Shown here: piece after piece, positions 13,318 through 26,719 of the stretch
Numbering within the stretch: the stretch's first letter is position 1
How the letters are laid out: every line of letters starts with the position of its first letter
Source: Chiloscyllium plagiosum
Lineage: Eukaryota
Direction of reading: 5' to 3'
Assembly (NCBI RefSeq): GCF_004010195.1
Contig: NC_057731.1
Span: 41,526,677 to 41,590,676, forward strand
Length of the DNA: 64,000 nt
Position numbers and translations under genes: made by a program
Notes under the pieces: model-generated
Databases searched by the model: none
Seen by the model: only the letters and a program-made list of their open reading frames with translations
Told to the model about the DNA's origin: nothing

Positions 13318-13440
13318 AGAAGAAAGTGAGGTTTGCAGTTGCTGGAGATCAGAGTGGAGAGTGTGGTGTTGGAAAAGCACAGCAGGTAAGACAGCATCCG
13401 AGGAGCAGAAGAATCGACGTTTCAAGCATAAGCGCTTTAC
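13318..13440 (-). mobile_element. PLE terminal fragment (gaggagaaagtgagg...aatcgacgtttc family)
   Basis: Same sequence family as the copies at 22408, 36393, 52480 and 55930; hammerhead truncated or degenerate. Confidence 0.75.
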
Positions 13441-14011
13441 TCCACAGTAAGTACCTTTGACAACTTTCCTTTGGCATGGCATTGATAAATCTGTCTAGAT
13501 TATGCTCCTTTTCTGTGCCACCATCAACTGTACATCTGTGGGAATACCGTACCTTTCTGTTAGAGCAGAAAGCTGGTGCTGCTGCGGTGCTATCATAATT
13601 GGGTTCAGACACATGCTGAAAGGGATGGCAGTCCCTGCAAACTAATTCCTCCCACCATACAAATGGACACAGAAACCCTCACACACCCCAAAGCACACTA
13701 CCCAAGGACAGCTTTATCCTGTACCCCTGCAAGAAGGTGGTGCTGAAATGGCCCATGATCCTGAAGCAGCCCAACCATACAATTCTTCAAGTCAGTAAAA
13801 TGAGTTTAAAATGAGCGACACAATCACTTAATGTCACATTTGGCCATGTCCAACCCACTTTGAACTAGGGTGGCAGGTGAGATACAGGCCAAGCATTTCT
13901 CTGGGCTGCAGAAATTGATAGCAAAATTGTTTTTAATGCCATCAAAAGAGAGAGAAAAATAATAATCTAGTTAAATGTGCCATTTGAGCATTTGTTCCTC
14001 ATTAGTTTAGA

Positions 14012-14025
14012 GCGCCATCTGCTCT
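14012..14025 (-). promoter_or_regulatory. Candidate CTCF motif
   Basis: Reverse complement agagcagatggcgc matches 12 of 14 positions of the CCASYAGRKGGCRC core, in repeat-free sequence. Confidence 0.3.
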
Positions 14026-15271
14026 GATTCCAAATGCTGCCTTTTCTCTTGCCAATTTAACCTGCACACTATGCTATTGTCCATAATATGAAGGACAATT
14101 GACTCTCCTGATAAGTCAAGATAACAAACAGGAAAGGTTTTCACAATGTGTAGCAAAATCATAAATGGATTCTTTATAAAATACATTCATACGTTTGTCA
14201 CATTGCACAGATGAGATATTCCTTGCCTGTTGTTAAAAAAAGATAACAGGAAAAATATGCATTCAACATTGATATTTTGCGCCAGCTGTTTTCACAAATC
14301 ATATTCTACATTATTGTAAAATCTTGAACAACTGTGTGTTGCCCACTTGTTCTGGGTAGAGTATGTTAAGAAAGATGACAAATTTCCACAGTAATATGTA
14401 ACAAAGCTCCACGGGTTCTTCTTGAGGAAGGAGAAACTGAGTAATTTATCTGGAATAAGCACAAATATTTTAGTCATGGGAAAGGAGCGATTTCACAACA
14501 TCCTTTTTTTTATTTTGATGGATCACCATTCAGCAAGGGTCCAAATTTATCATAACATATACAGACTAACCAAAGAGGCAGCAGGGACTCGGTGGATCAA
14601 GTGGGCTCCTGTGCTGTAACCTTCTGTAATGTTCCCTTCCTAACAGCACTGTGTTGTACCTGTATCACTGAGACTGCAACAGTTCAAGAAAGAGGTTCCC
14701 CACACGAACTTGAGAACAATTAGAGATGGACTATAACATGGTAGCCTAGACAGCAAATGTCCATATCACATGAACCAATTTTTAAAGTTCTATGATTCTA
14801 CATAATGGACTTTGCAGCTAATTTCCAACATAGTTTCTCTGAGTCATCCAGTCTCATCTATATGTAACTCCAGACTCACAATGATCTGATTGACTTTTAA
14901 CTATCCCCTGAAACATCCCTACAAGGCCAGTTAAGTACAGTTAGGCCTGGGCCTGGCCAGTGGAGTGAGTCAGTGAGTGCGCCATGCAAATAGTTGATAG
15001 AGACTGATTCAAACAAGTCTTGATAAACTGAAGGAATCAAACAAATAACTTGAATATAGTTCTATATGAATGATGTGCCTTAATTAAATCCCAGACACTA
15101 CAGGACCAAGTTGCTTGATGGAGCAATTATTCACTCTTATCCATCCTGGGCAGAAATAGGGTGTGATTCTATGAAGCCAGTCTCCAATCCTTCAGATCAT
15201 CGATTCTGTGACAATACTGGATACTAAGGATAAAATATAGTTAAGCTTGTTTTATAAGCCACTGCAGCTCG

Positions 15272-16490
15272 TAGAGTCATGGAGATCTACAGAAATAGGC
15301 CCTTCACCCCATGGTATCCATACAAAAACAACCACCTAATTATTTTACTTCCATTTGCTGGCCTTACCCATAGCCTTGTATGCCTTGACATTTGGAGTAT
15401 ACATCTAAATACTTTTTAAATGTTATGAAGGTTTCTGCCTCCACCACCCTTACAGACAGTGAGTTCCAGATTCTTTCCACTGTCTGGGTGAAAATGAGGT
15501 CCTGTGCTGTCACATTCTGTACCACTCGCTAACAGTACTGTGGTGTAACTCTATCGTATAGGTGACAGCCCTTCAGAGAGCACATCCTCTGAATGAAAAG
15601 GGTTTTCTTACATCCCCTCTAAACCTCCTGCCCCTTACCTTAAATCTATGCCTCCTAGTCATTGATTCCTCTATCTATGCCCCTGATCATTTTAAACATC
15701 TCAATGATGTCTCTTCCTAATCTCCTCTGCTCTAAGGAAAACAATCCCACCTGTCGAATCTCTCTTCATAACTGAACCTCTCCTGGTAAATCTATCACAT
15801 CCCCCTATAATGTGGATTCCAGACACAGTACTCTAGCTGAAGCCTAACCAATGTTTAAAATAGTTCCAGCAGAAGCTTCCCACTCTTAAACTCTATGCCT
15901 TGGTAAATAAAACCAATTATCTTTTTGTCTTCTTAACCTCTTCATCCAACTGTTCTGATAATTAAGGTGACTGGTGGACATGCACACCAAGGTCCTTCGG
16001 ATCCTCAGTGCTTCCCAGAGTCTTGCCAATCATCATCTATTCCTTTGCCCTGTTTGTCCAGCTCATGTGTATCACCTCACTCTTATTCAGATTGAATTTC
16101 ATTTGCCACTGATTAGACCATCTGACCAGCCTGTCTACATCCTTCAGTAATCTAAGGCAGTCCCCCTTACTACTTATCACCTCACCCACGAACTTGCTGA
16201 TCAACCCTCCCACATTCAAGTCATCTATATAAACTACAAACAGCAAGGGTACCACCACTGACCTTAACAGGTCCTACTCTCTCTTTCATTGTATTTTTAG
16301 CCTTAACGTCCCCATAAAACAACTTCGGATTTTCTTTCCTTGCCTGCCAACATCCTTTCATGTCTCTTTTTGGCTCTCCTATTGTCCTCTTTAAGTTCCC
16401 TCTTGCACATTTTATGCCTATAGATTCTGCTGTTTTGAGCCCTTAGTACCTCCCATAAGTCTTCCCGTTTCTCTTAATCCAATGTTCTGG
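15272..16490 (-). mobile_element. Decayed CR1 fragments
   Basis: Tail tagagtcatggagatctacag at about 15272; PLLFVVYIDDL..SKF, WQMKFN and ENPKLFY motifs on the minus strand. Confidence 0.75.
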
Positions 16491-18620
16491 AGCCCATGAT
16501 ATGCAATTATGATGCGATTAGGCAAGATTTAGGATGCATAGTTTGGGGAAGAAAACTGCAGGGAATGGACAAACTGGAAATGTGGAGCTTATTCAAGGAA
16601 TAGCTATTGTGGGTCCTTGGTAAAGTATATACCTATCAGGCAGGGAGGTAATTGTTGAGAGAGGGAGCCATGCTTTACTAAAGAAGTTGAAACTCTTGTC
16701 AAGATGAAGAAGAAGGCTTATGTGAGGACGATGCGTGAAGGGGGCTTTGAGAGTTATAAGTTAGCCAGAAAAGATCTAAAGAGAGGGCTAAGAAGAGCCA
16801 GGTGGGGACATGAGAAGTTGTTGGCGGATAGGATCAAGGAAAACCCTAAGGCCTTCTATCGGTATATCAGGAATAAAAGAATGACCAGAGTAAGATTACA
16901 GCCAATCAAAGATTGTGGTGGGAAGTTATGTGTGGAATCTGAGGACATAGAGGAAGCACTTAATACATACTTTTCGTCAGCTTTCACATTGGAAAAGGGC
17001 AATGTTAGTGAGCATACAGAGATACAAGCTACTAGATTAGATGGGATTGCGGTTTTCAAAGAGTAGGTTTTAGCAATTTTGGAAGATCTGAAAATAGATA
17101 AGATCTCTGGGCTGGATGGGATTTATCCTCGGATTCTCTGGGAAGCCAGAGAGGAGATTTCATGGCCTTTGGCTTTGATCTTTATGTCATCATTGTCAAC
17201 AGGAATAGTGCCAGAAGACTGGAGAATAACAAATGTTGTTCCCTTATTTAAGAAGGGGAGTCGGGACAACCCTGGAAATTATAGGCCAGTGAGCTTTACT
17301 TCGGTTGTGGGTAAGGTGTTGGAAAAGGTTATAAGAGAGAGGATTTATAATCATCTGGAAAGGAATAATTTGATTAGGGATAGTCAACACGGTTTTATGA
17401 AGGGTGGGTTTTGCCTCACTAACTTTATTGAGTTCTTTGAGAAGGTGACAGATCAGGTGGATGAAGGTAAAACAGTTGATGTGGTGTATATGGGCTTCAG
17501 TAAGGCGTTTGATAAGGTTCCACAAGGTAGGCTATTGCACAAAATACAGAGTTTTGGGATTGAAGGTGATTTAGTGGTTTGGATCAGAAATTGGCTCGCT
17601 GAAAGAAGACAGAGGGTGGTGGTTGATGGGAAATGTTCACCCTGAAGCTCAGTTGCCAGTGAGGTGCCGCAAGCATCTGTTTTGGGGCCACTGCTGTTTG
17701 TTATCTTTATAAATGATCTGGATGTGGGCATAGAAGGATGGGTTAGTAGATTTGTAGATGACACTAAGGTAGGCAGATTTGTGGATAGTGCCGAAGGATG
17801 TGGTGGGTTACAGAGGGAAATAGATAAGATGCAGAGCTGGGCTGAGAAGTAGCAAATGGAGTTTGAAGTGGAAAAGAGTGAGGTAATTCCCTTCAGAAGA
17901 AGTAACAGGAATGCAGATTACTGGGCTATTGGTAAAATTCTTGACAGTATAGATGAACAGAGAGATCTCAGTGTCCTGGTGCATAAGTTCCTGAAAGTTG
18001 CCACCCAGGTTGATACGGTTATTAAAAAGGCATATGGTGTTTGGCGTTTATTGATAGAAGGATTGAGTTTTGGAACCACGAGGTCATGCTTCAGCTATAC
18101 AAGACATTGGTAAGGCTGCACCTAGGTATTACTTACGGTTCTGGTCACCGCATTATAGGAATGATGTGGAAACTTTGGAAAAGGTTCAGAGAAGCTTTAC
18201 TAGGATATTGTGTGGTACGGAAAGAAGGTCGTGTGAGGAAAAGCTGAGAGAACTGAGGCTGTTTTCATTGGAGAGAAGAAAGTTGAGAGGCGACCTAATT
18301 GAGACGTAGAGTAGTAGAGGCATAGAATGGCCTGCTTGTAACAGTAGTAGACTCGCCGACGTTAAGGGCATTTAAATGGGCATTGGACATACATATGGAT
18401 AATAATGGAACTATGTAGGTTAGATTGGCTTCAGATTGGTTCCACAGGTCGGCACAACATCGAGGGCCGAAGGGCCTGTACTGCGCTGTAACATCCTATG
18501 TTCTATGCTCTGTGTTCTTTGTTCTATGTTCTGTGTTCTATGTTCTGTGTTCTATGTTTCTATGTTCTATGTTCTGTGTCCTATGTTTCTATGTTTCTAT
18601 GTTCTGTGTTCTATGTTCTA
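16491..18620 (+). mobile_element. 5'-truncated CR1/HER1-like LINE (ORF2 RT region) with expanded tail
   Basis: IKENPKAFYRYI, PEDWRITNVVPLFKKG, GNYRPVS, SQHGF, FSKAFDKV, LGPLLF, FVDDTK and RGDLIET motifs, with stops and frameshifts. Confidence 0.93.
18497..18620 (+). repeat. (TATGTTC)n-like 7-8 bp tandem tail of the CR1
   Basis: Visible tandem tatgttc/tgtgttc/tatgtttc units. Confidence 0.9.
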
Positions 18621-20534
18621 TATCCAGAGTTTGCAGGAATTTATGGTCCCATCCTTTTTCTTCATTGGAATGTGGTGGCCTTGTACTCGTCATATTTTGT
18701 TCCTGAAAGTATCGCACTGCTCTGAGATAGGTTTACCAGAGAGTATCTGCTCCCAGTCCACTCTGGCCAACTCATATCTAAATTGATTATTATCAGCCTT
18801 CCCCCCGCTATTTGAGAACTCAGATTTCAGGCCCATGCTGGCATTGCATGAATATTTTTCCCTAAATGAAGTTTTCAATTTTAAAAAGTTCTTGGCCTTC
18901 AGGAAAAGCATTTGACATTGTAGAAATGCTTCTCTATGGGTTTATACAAACTATGATTTGAAAGAAGTAGGTTTTTTTTTAAGCTTCTGTGACTGTATTG
19001 TCATCAAACCTTGATGTATGATGGGCTGTATACATTGTTGATAACTAATGGCCTTTGCTTGGTTGACAGCATCCAGGACTCACTCTTTTCTGAGTCTTTA
19101 GATCTATTGAAAATACTGCTACCCACACAACCTTCCACACCCCCAACAGGGTTAGCACAGTGAGCCAGATCACCTTGTTTTCCATTAGAATACAGAATTA
19201 CATAAAGGTGTGGCTTCTGCTGAGACGTTTTAAACAGGAACCAAGGAACATGTAATCCTATATTACCAAGCACCCTTCTCTACTACAGTGGCACTGACTA
19301 GATTATTCTATGGAAAGCCAGCTTAGACTCAGTGAGCCAAATGGCCTCCTTCCGCACCTGAATGATGCTACAACTCCACTCTGTGACTTGTTTAATTTTG
19401 AAAAATGGAGACTCTGAAATCCTATTAAAAAGTTTTACACATATTCACAGCTGCTGGAAAAGTGATTTAACAATTTCAGAACAAAGTTTCATCATCCCAA
19501 TAAACCATCCCTCACTTTGAACCCCACAAAATATTATATTTCGGCACTGCTCCCGCAAGGAGAGAAATTCCTCTTCCTCTGATTGTTAGGCATTTGTTTC
19601 CATTCAATCATTTTCTTTTGCCATTCTTCTGGCTGCCAGAAACGGGAATTGATAACATGATAAAACTTATTATGTCTGTTGCTTTCAATTTATTCAAAAC
19701 TGCCCCTATATTTAAAACCATTTTTTGAAAATCGCTGACCTTTGGAATGGTAGGGTAATTGTTCATGCCCAAATATTTTAACAAGAAAATTCAACTCTCA
19801 GACATCATTGGCATACAGGTATTCTAAGAACAATCTCACTGTGGGGAAATGATCACACACTGTGCATAGGTAATGAAGACTGCCTTTGTGCAATCCTTCT
19901 GGAAGGTGATAAATGGAATTTATTTTGGAAAAGGAGGTGATCATGATATATGGAAGCTAAAAATCACTTTGCCGAAAAATAACTAGTGGCTCCAAACCAG
20001 CTGTGACTCACCTGATTGTGGCTAAAGGATCAGAGAGGCATTTTAGCCTAGGACGTCTGAATTAACCTCTCTCAGAAGGTAAGGAGATGGGTGGCTGATG
20101 TAGAGAGATGAGATTGCATTAAAAATGTGACAAACTCATTTGAGCCTGATAGCTTTTTCTTGTGCTTTGGATGTAATGTAATGGAACATAACAGAAAGAA
20201 TCTATCCAAAGTGTAGTAGAAAAGGAGACAGGAGATGGAGATAGAGGTCGGGGGGGAGGTGGTAATTGCAATTAACAGACCTAAAAGACAGAGGCACTGG
20301 TTTATAATTCTCCGTCACTGCCAGACAAGAAATACTGAAGCAGAGGGTTCACACTGTTGCAACAGTATTAAATATTAACTAACGAATGTTAATTTCTATC
20401 ACCAATACCTGAGACATTTAATTGTCTGAAATGTTAATTGAAAAGGAAGAAAAATGCTCTTAAAATGACAACAGTGATCATCTGTCCACATAGGACCCAT
20501 GAAGAATAAACAAAAATGTCTTGTGGCACAGACT

Positions 20535-21430
20535 GTGTGACATTTCTTACAATGCCATTTGCAGTTTAAATTTTTGAATTTTGAATTGTTGACGTATGGG
20601 TTTTTTTATGTTTCTGGTGAGTTTAATGATTAGTTTTTAGGTATTTCTGTAGCCATGGTGATTTATTTAAAACAGCATGAGAATGTTAGCTTTCAGGATT
20701 AATATGTTTTTATTTACATTAAGAGGATTTACTAATGAGATATGCATCAAGATTTCTGGTAGGGAATTCTGGAATTGTTGATTTTCTGCTAAAAGAAAGC
20801 ACCCACAGTTTGTTTTTTAGTTTAGGGCTGTCTGGTGAAGTCTTTGGATGAAGATGGATGTATAAAGCAGTACAACTGAGAAAGGGAGAAGGAATTGAAA
20901 CTAAATTACATTATAGTAAGGAATGTAGTGACTGTCCCTCAACAGAAGTGTTTGGATAAAACCCTAAAGATGTTATTTGAAACTGAGAACTTTTAAATTC
21001 TAGTGTATGAAAGTTCCAGGAAAATGCTACTAAATTTCCCTGACTAGGAGTTGAAGTCACAGTATACTTAAGTTTATTGATCTGTAAGAAAAAGACATTT
21101 TGTTCTCTGGTGTGAGTAGTGTGCTTTTCAACACCATAAAATGGTATTTTGGAGAATTGTAAAGGAGAATTTTGGGATTAATGACATTATATTTTTACTG
21201 TGTGTTTCAAAACCTTTCAGGGCATATTATGTGTAAGTGGTTTACATTTAATCTTCATTGTTTTTGTTTAATAAACTTTAGTTTGATTGTTAAAACCAAA
21301 GCAACATTGAGTGTTTACATTTCAGTAAGATATGAACTCATTAAAACCAAACCAAAATAAAATATGATCATCAAGCCAGACTTCAAACTGGGATCTGATT
21401 TGACTAATAATAAAATCTGCTGGATCAGAT
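20535..21430 (+). mobile_element. Probable solo LTR
   Basis: TGT start, AT-rich body, AATAAA near 21270 and a gggatctgatttg...ctgctggatca end resembling shark LTR ends. Resemblance only. Confidence 0.35.
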
Positions 21431-21504
21431 CTGTCTGCAGCGAAACTGTTATTTTTGATTAAAGACATTGAGACCAGACAACCAAGTCAGCATCATAAAT
21501 TCAT

Positions 21505-22330
21505 ACTTGTATGATAATGACGCATGGGGCAGATGAAGGAATGATCTGCCAGTTAGCTAGCTTGAAAAGACAATGGTGCCAGCCTCAGGAACGCAGACAG
21601 AGCTATATTTATCAGCTGCTTTTAAGCTGCAGTGCAGAAAGAAGGAAATTTTTTTAAAAACAGAAACTCTCTCCCTCTCTCTCTCTCTCTGTAGGTTTTC
21701 ATCACCATCTCAAAGAGAAAACCCAGTGAAAAAACTAATGGGGAAATGGTCATTTATCAAGAACTCAAGCATATTGACAAACTTCACCACCAGGATATGA
21801 GTCAACAATTAAACAACTGTCATCTCATTAAAAATCTGGAACAACTCCATAGCTTTTGTTTTTACTTCAGCTCATTTTAAGGTGAGAGGAGAGAGACACG
21901 AGGGGCAATTTCTTTACACAGAGGGTGGTTCACATGTGGAATAACCTTCCTGAGGAAGTGGTGGGTGTGAGGACAATTATAACATTTAGAAGACAATTGG
22001 AACAAGAACATGAACAGGAAAGGTTGAGAGGGATATGAGCCAGGAGCAGGTGCGACTGGTTTAGATTGGGATTATGATCAGCCTGGACTAGTTTCCGTGC
22101 TATATGACTCTGACTCTACGACTCTATATTACTCTATATTGTGTGTGTTAAATATTGCACTTTATCATTTTTTCTTGGTGTTAGTAGGTAATAAAATTCT
22201 TCTTTCTTTTACTCAAAAAAAAGTGGTAACTAGCTTCTTCATTTTGATCCAATTATGTTTTAATTGATGTGTGTAAGAAGTGATGAAACTATTTGTAGTG
22301 ACAAACCTCCTCCTCACTTGATCATAATCC
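21505..22330 (+). mobile_element. Second probable solo LTR containing a CR1 3' fragment (about 21875-22125)
   Basis: (CT)n tract, AATAAA at about 22190 and a cctcacttgatcataa end. The inserted fragment has RGNFFTQRVV-type sequence and a gactcta tail. Confidence 0.35.
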
Positions 22331-22407
22331 CAAAAATAAATGAGATAGCAGTTGAGAAAAGCCATCTTGAATAATGGGAATGAAAGTCAGTTAAGATGTG
22401 AAAAGGA

Positions 22408-22798
22408 GAAAGTGATGACTGTGGATGCTGGAGATCAGTCGAAAAGTGCGGTGCTGGAAAAGCACAGCAGGTCAAGCACCATCCGAGGAGCATGAGAGTC
22501 GACATTTCGAGCATAAGCCCTTCATCAGGAATGAGGAAGGGGAAGGGGGATGAGAGATAAATACAGGGGTAGGGTGGTGGTGGCGGTTGGGGGAGGATCT
22601 AACGAGGGATTCACAGAGGGAATGATCTCTGCGGAATGCAGATCAGGGTTGGAAGGGAAATATATCTCTAGTGGTGGGTCTGTCTGTAGGTGGCAGAAAT
22701 GGCAGAAGCTAATGCACTGTGTGCTGGAAACATCAACTCTCCTGCTCCTCAGATGCTGCCTGGCCTGCTGTGCTTTTCCAGCACCACAATTGTCAACC
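22408..22798. mobile_element. PLE insert with inverted ends, an internal ORF fragment and an imperfect TSD
   Basis: Inverted terminal segments. Internal minus-strand FCHLQTDP..IFPS-like PLE ORF piece. Flanks are aagatgtgaaaagga (22393-22407) and aagatgtgataaagga (22799-22814). A hammerhead core lies on the minus strand at about 22496-22532. Confidence 0.8.
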
Positions 22799-23236
22799 AA
22801 GATGTGATAAAGGACAACTGATTCACAGTCGCCTAATTTGCCTCAATGCTAAAGTCCATTTCCATCTCGGAATTTACAATTACATCTATGAGACAACTAC
22901 CTTTTTAAAAAGTACAAAAAATCCCATGAAGACAAGACCTATAAGTCAGCTCCACTTTTGTACCAAAACTCCTGATCCTTCTCTCTCTAGAAATACATGT
23001 ATTTTCTTATTGAATTGAATTGATTTCTCTCTCAGTAGTGTTCACTAATCAGTTTATCCATAAACTGATTGTCATTTGAGTGGATGAAACAACACAGGAG
23101 GTGGTGAGAGAAGACCAAGTACACTTCTAAAGGGAAGGAACTAAGACTGATATGTTTTTGTTTGCACAATAGATTAAATTCACTAACAGAGTGGAAACAG
23201 ACCTTTTGACCCAACAAGGGCAGTCACTCTCACCTC

Positions 23237-24285
23237 AGGGTGGTGGTAGAGGGTTGTTTTTCAGACTGGAGGCCTGTGACCAGTGGAGTGCCACAAGGAT
23301 CGGTGCTGGGTCCTCTACGTTTTGTCATTTATATAAAGGATTTGGATGTGAACATAAGAGGTATAGTTAGTAAGTTTGCAGATGACACCAAAATTGGAGG
23401 TGTAATGGATAGCGAAGAAGGTTACCTCAGATTACAATGGGATCATGATCAGATGGGCCAATGGGCTGAGGAGTGGCAGATGGAGTTTAATTTAGATAAA
23501 TGGGTGGTGCTGCATTTTGGGAAAGCAAATCTTAGCAGGACTTATACACCTAATGGCTGTTGCTGAACAAAGAGACCTTGGAGTGCAGGTTCGTAGCCCC
23601 TTGAAAGTGGAGTTGCAGATAGATAGGATAGTGAAGATGGCGTTTGGTATGCTTTCCTTTATTGGTCAGAGTATTGAGTATAGGAGTTGGGAGGTCATGT
23701 TGCGTTTGTACAGGGCGTGGGTTAGGCCACTATTGGAATATCGCATGCAATTCTGGTCTCCTTCCTATCAAAAGGATGCTGTGAAATTTGAAAGGGTTCA
23801 GAAAAGATTTATCGGGATGTTGCCAGGGTTGGAGGATTTGAGCTATAGAGAGAGGCTGAACAGGCTGGGGCTGTTTTCTCTGGAACATCGGAGGCTGAGG
23901 GGTGACCTTCTAGAGGTTTATAAAATCATGAGGGGCATGGATATGATAAATAGACAAAGTCTTTTTCTCTGGAGTGGGGGAGTCCAGAACTAGAGGGCAT
24001 AGGTTTAGGGTGAGAGCAGAAAGATAGAAAAGAGACCTTGGGGCAACTTTTTCACACAGTGGGTGGTGTGTGTATGGACTGAGTTGCCAGAGGAAGTGAT
24101 GGAGGCTGGTACAATTGCAACACTTAAAAGACATCTGGATGGGTATATTAATAGGAAGGGTTTGGAGGGATATGGGTCGGGTACTGGCAGGTGGGACTAG
24201 ATTAGGTTGGGATATCTGGTCAGCTTGGACGAGTTGGACTGAAGGGTCTGTTTCCAAGCTGTAAATCTCTATGACTGTATGACTT
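23237..24285 (+). mobile_element. 5'-truncated young CR1/HER1-like LINE, same subfamily as 1454-5757
   Basis: VVVEGCFSDWRPVTSGVPQGSVLGP, KFADDTK and LRGDLLEVYK motifs; tail ctctatgactgtatgact. Confidence 0.93.
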
Positions 24286-24774
24286 TAAGTTAAACTTTTT
24301 TAAATTACCCAGGCTTTCAGAATCGTAGACATTCCTGCATCAATTAAAACTTCTGTTATAGTGCCATCTCTTTACTCTTGAAAACTTTTGTCACAGAAGA
24401 GCATTTAATAAACCCAACAAAAGACACACAATGGGATTTTACAGGGCTCTGAATGACATGGACTATGTCAAAATCTCATCTTTTATACTTTGCTGAGTGA
24501 TGAGCCACAAAGTGTGGCAATTGACACTTTGCCAAAACAATCATAAGATTTGGCCCATAGACATTGGATTACTTCAGTTTTATCCAAAACTAACTCTTGC
24601 TTCTAGTTTGGAATGGCATTTTAAATTCTTTATCCATTTGCTAATTTAACCTTATTTTAGCAATAAATATAGCAAAGGAAGGTTGGCTTTTGATTCTTAA
24701 AGTGAGTCTATTAGAACTGCTGCATCAAACAAGCTTGTCTTGCTGGAAGGTTCTTCCAAGGATGCACTTAAATG

Positions 24775-25320
24775 TCAGCTTGACTCAGCGGCAGAGTCCT
24801 GTCCTCTGAATAAGAAGGTTGTGAGTTACAATCTTGTAAGTTCTGTGGATATTTCAAAGCAGTTCTAAGAATATGTAGTGTTGTCTTTTAACATAAGCTG
24901 CGAAACTATCTAGTGGGGATAATTTTAATCTTACCTCATGCTAGATCAGATCCTGTTTTCCACACAACCTCATTTCACTTTTGACTGATATCAGTAGGAT
25001 GTAAATTTGAACACTCTGTACAACATACATTCCCCTATCTTAACCACCACTTTCCAAACTCTGCACTCCTGTCTGCCACTATAGGTGACTGTATAAAATG
25101 TGTCCATACTATGGAAGAAGTGCAAAGGGAGGGCTTTGAATATCTTCTTGACCAATATTTATCACAACGAATAACACAGAAATTTGCTGGTCATTTTCTT
25201 TCGTTTGCTTGTCGGATGTTTTGATGCACATTTGTCGACACAGCAGCATCTACTCTTCAAAGGTATTTCATTGGCTGCAAAGGGCACTTTGAGAACATGA
25301 AAACTATTTTATTTTTTTTC
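24775..25320 (+). mobile_element. Decayed SacSINE1/Deu-domain SINE, interrupted
   Basis: tRNA-like head (gactcagcggcagagtcc..aaggttgtgagttacaatc) and an L2-type tail (cttcaaaggtatttcattggctgcaaag). Confidence 0.5.
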
Positions 25321-25662
25321 TTTTTAAAGCAATTCCCTGCAATGTCATACATTATTCTGACTGTTAATTTGCAATGAACAATAGAACCATGCAACACACA
25401 TCATTGAAAGAAGCCATTTGTCCAATGTGTCTCTACAGCTCTCTGTTGGAGCAATCCAAAACCAATCCCATTAGTTCATATTCTCCCTCTAATAATTGTC
25501 CAACTTTCCCTCGATAGAGTCTATCCTATTTTAACTAATCATCGAGACAAATTCCCACCTCTACCAGCCTTCTATATATTTCTCCTATTCTCTCTCAACT
25601 ATTTTGTGATCATTTAAAACTGATGATCCCTGAACACTAGCTATCGAACCAGAGAAATTGTC

Positions 25663-25805
25663 GGAAAATCCAAGAAACTGTGGATGCTGGAACTCATAAC
25701 TCTTCTGAAGAAGGTTCACTGGACTCGAAACGTTAATTCTGCTTTATCTCTACAGATTCTGCTAGACCTGCTGGGTTTTTCCAGCAATTTCTGTTTTTGT
25801 TTAGA
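25663..25805. mobile_element. Short PLE-end insert within a minus-strand CR1 fragment
   Basis: Hammerhead-like ctgaagaaggttcactggactcgaaacgtt; flanks agaaattgtc and agaaactgtc. Confidence 0.65.
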
Positions 25806-26199
25806 AGAAACTGTCTTTCCTTTCTGACTGCTTCAGAACTCAGCATACTTGTAAAAAGCTTTACTAAATTTCCATTGGTCGTCTCTGATTCAGTGGAAGT
25901 AAGTCCATCATCACAACTGTAGTGTCTTAATCCTAACATTATTCTGGTAAATTGTTATTGGATATTCTAAAAATGGCTTAATGCTTTCTCAAGAGCACGG
26001 TTGACAAAACGACATACATTACCCTAACTCAGACCTACCCAATATTTTGTGTTGATTCATAATTAATTCTTAAATGTGTGGACTTTATACTTCTCCTTAA
26101 AAATTCTAACCTTCTATTAGTTTTTTAATGGGATGATACAAAAAATATTTTGAGTTACCAGAAGTGTTATGGGCTTCTGATCAAATAAAACAATCTATT

Positions 26200-26700
26200 T
26201 CCACTTTTGCAATATCACCTTACTCATCTACTGCTGAATATCTCTTTCTGCCTTTCTTACCTGTAGATTTGACTATCCCAAAACAGTCCTGATTGACTTC
26301 TCCCATTCTTCATTCTCCAAACTTGAGGGTATTCCAAATTCTGCTGCATGAGTTCTCTGCAAGTCCCATTCCTTGTCACCCCTGTGCTCACTGACCAATA
26401 TTAACTCCTAATTATGCAATGTCTCAATTTTAAAATTCTCATCCCTGTTTACAAATCATCTGCATCTGGACTTTCCTTATCTCTGGAATCTCTTCAAGCC
26501 CTTCAAGTATCAAAATTTGTGCATTCTTCCAACTCTAGTCTTGTGCATCCATGGTTTTAACTGTTCCACCACTGGTGGCCATGCCTTCAGTTGCCATTGC
26601 TCTAAGATCTTCATTTCCTTCCCTAAGCCTTTCTATCTCCTCCTTTTCAGATGTGCCTTTAACCTTCCTCCTAGACCACCTGACCTAATGACTCCTTCTG
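26200..26700 (+). mobile_element. L2 LINE 3' remnant
   Basis: TPVLTDQY*LLIMQCLNFKILIPVYKS resembles the L2 C-terminal TPVLADLHWLPV.QRIDFKIL..V.K motif. Confidence 0.6.
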
Positions 26701-26719
26701 TGACTCAGTATCACATTTG

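Noticed and set aside
16265-16900. Twin-priming inversion of a single CR1
   Set aside because: The minus fragment overlaps the same ORF2 region (ENPK motif) and is more diverged, so these are two independent insertions.
18425-18786. Cys/hydrophobic ORFs (VLCSMF...)
   Set aside because: They are translations of the 7-bp CR1 tail microsatellite.
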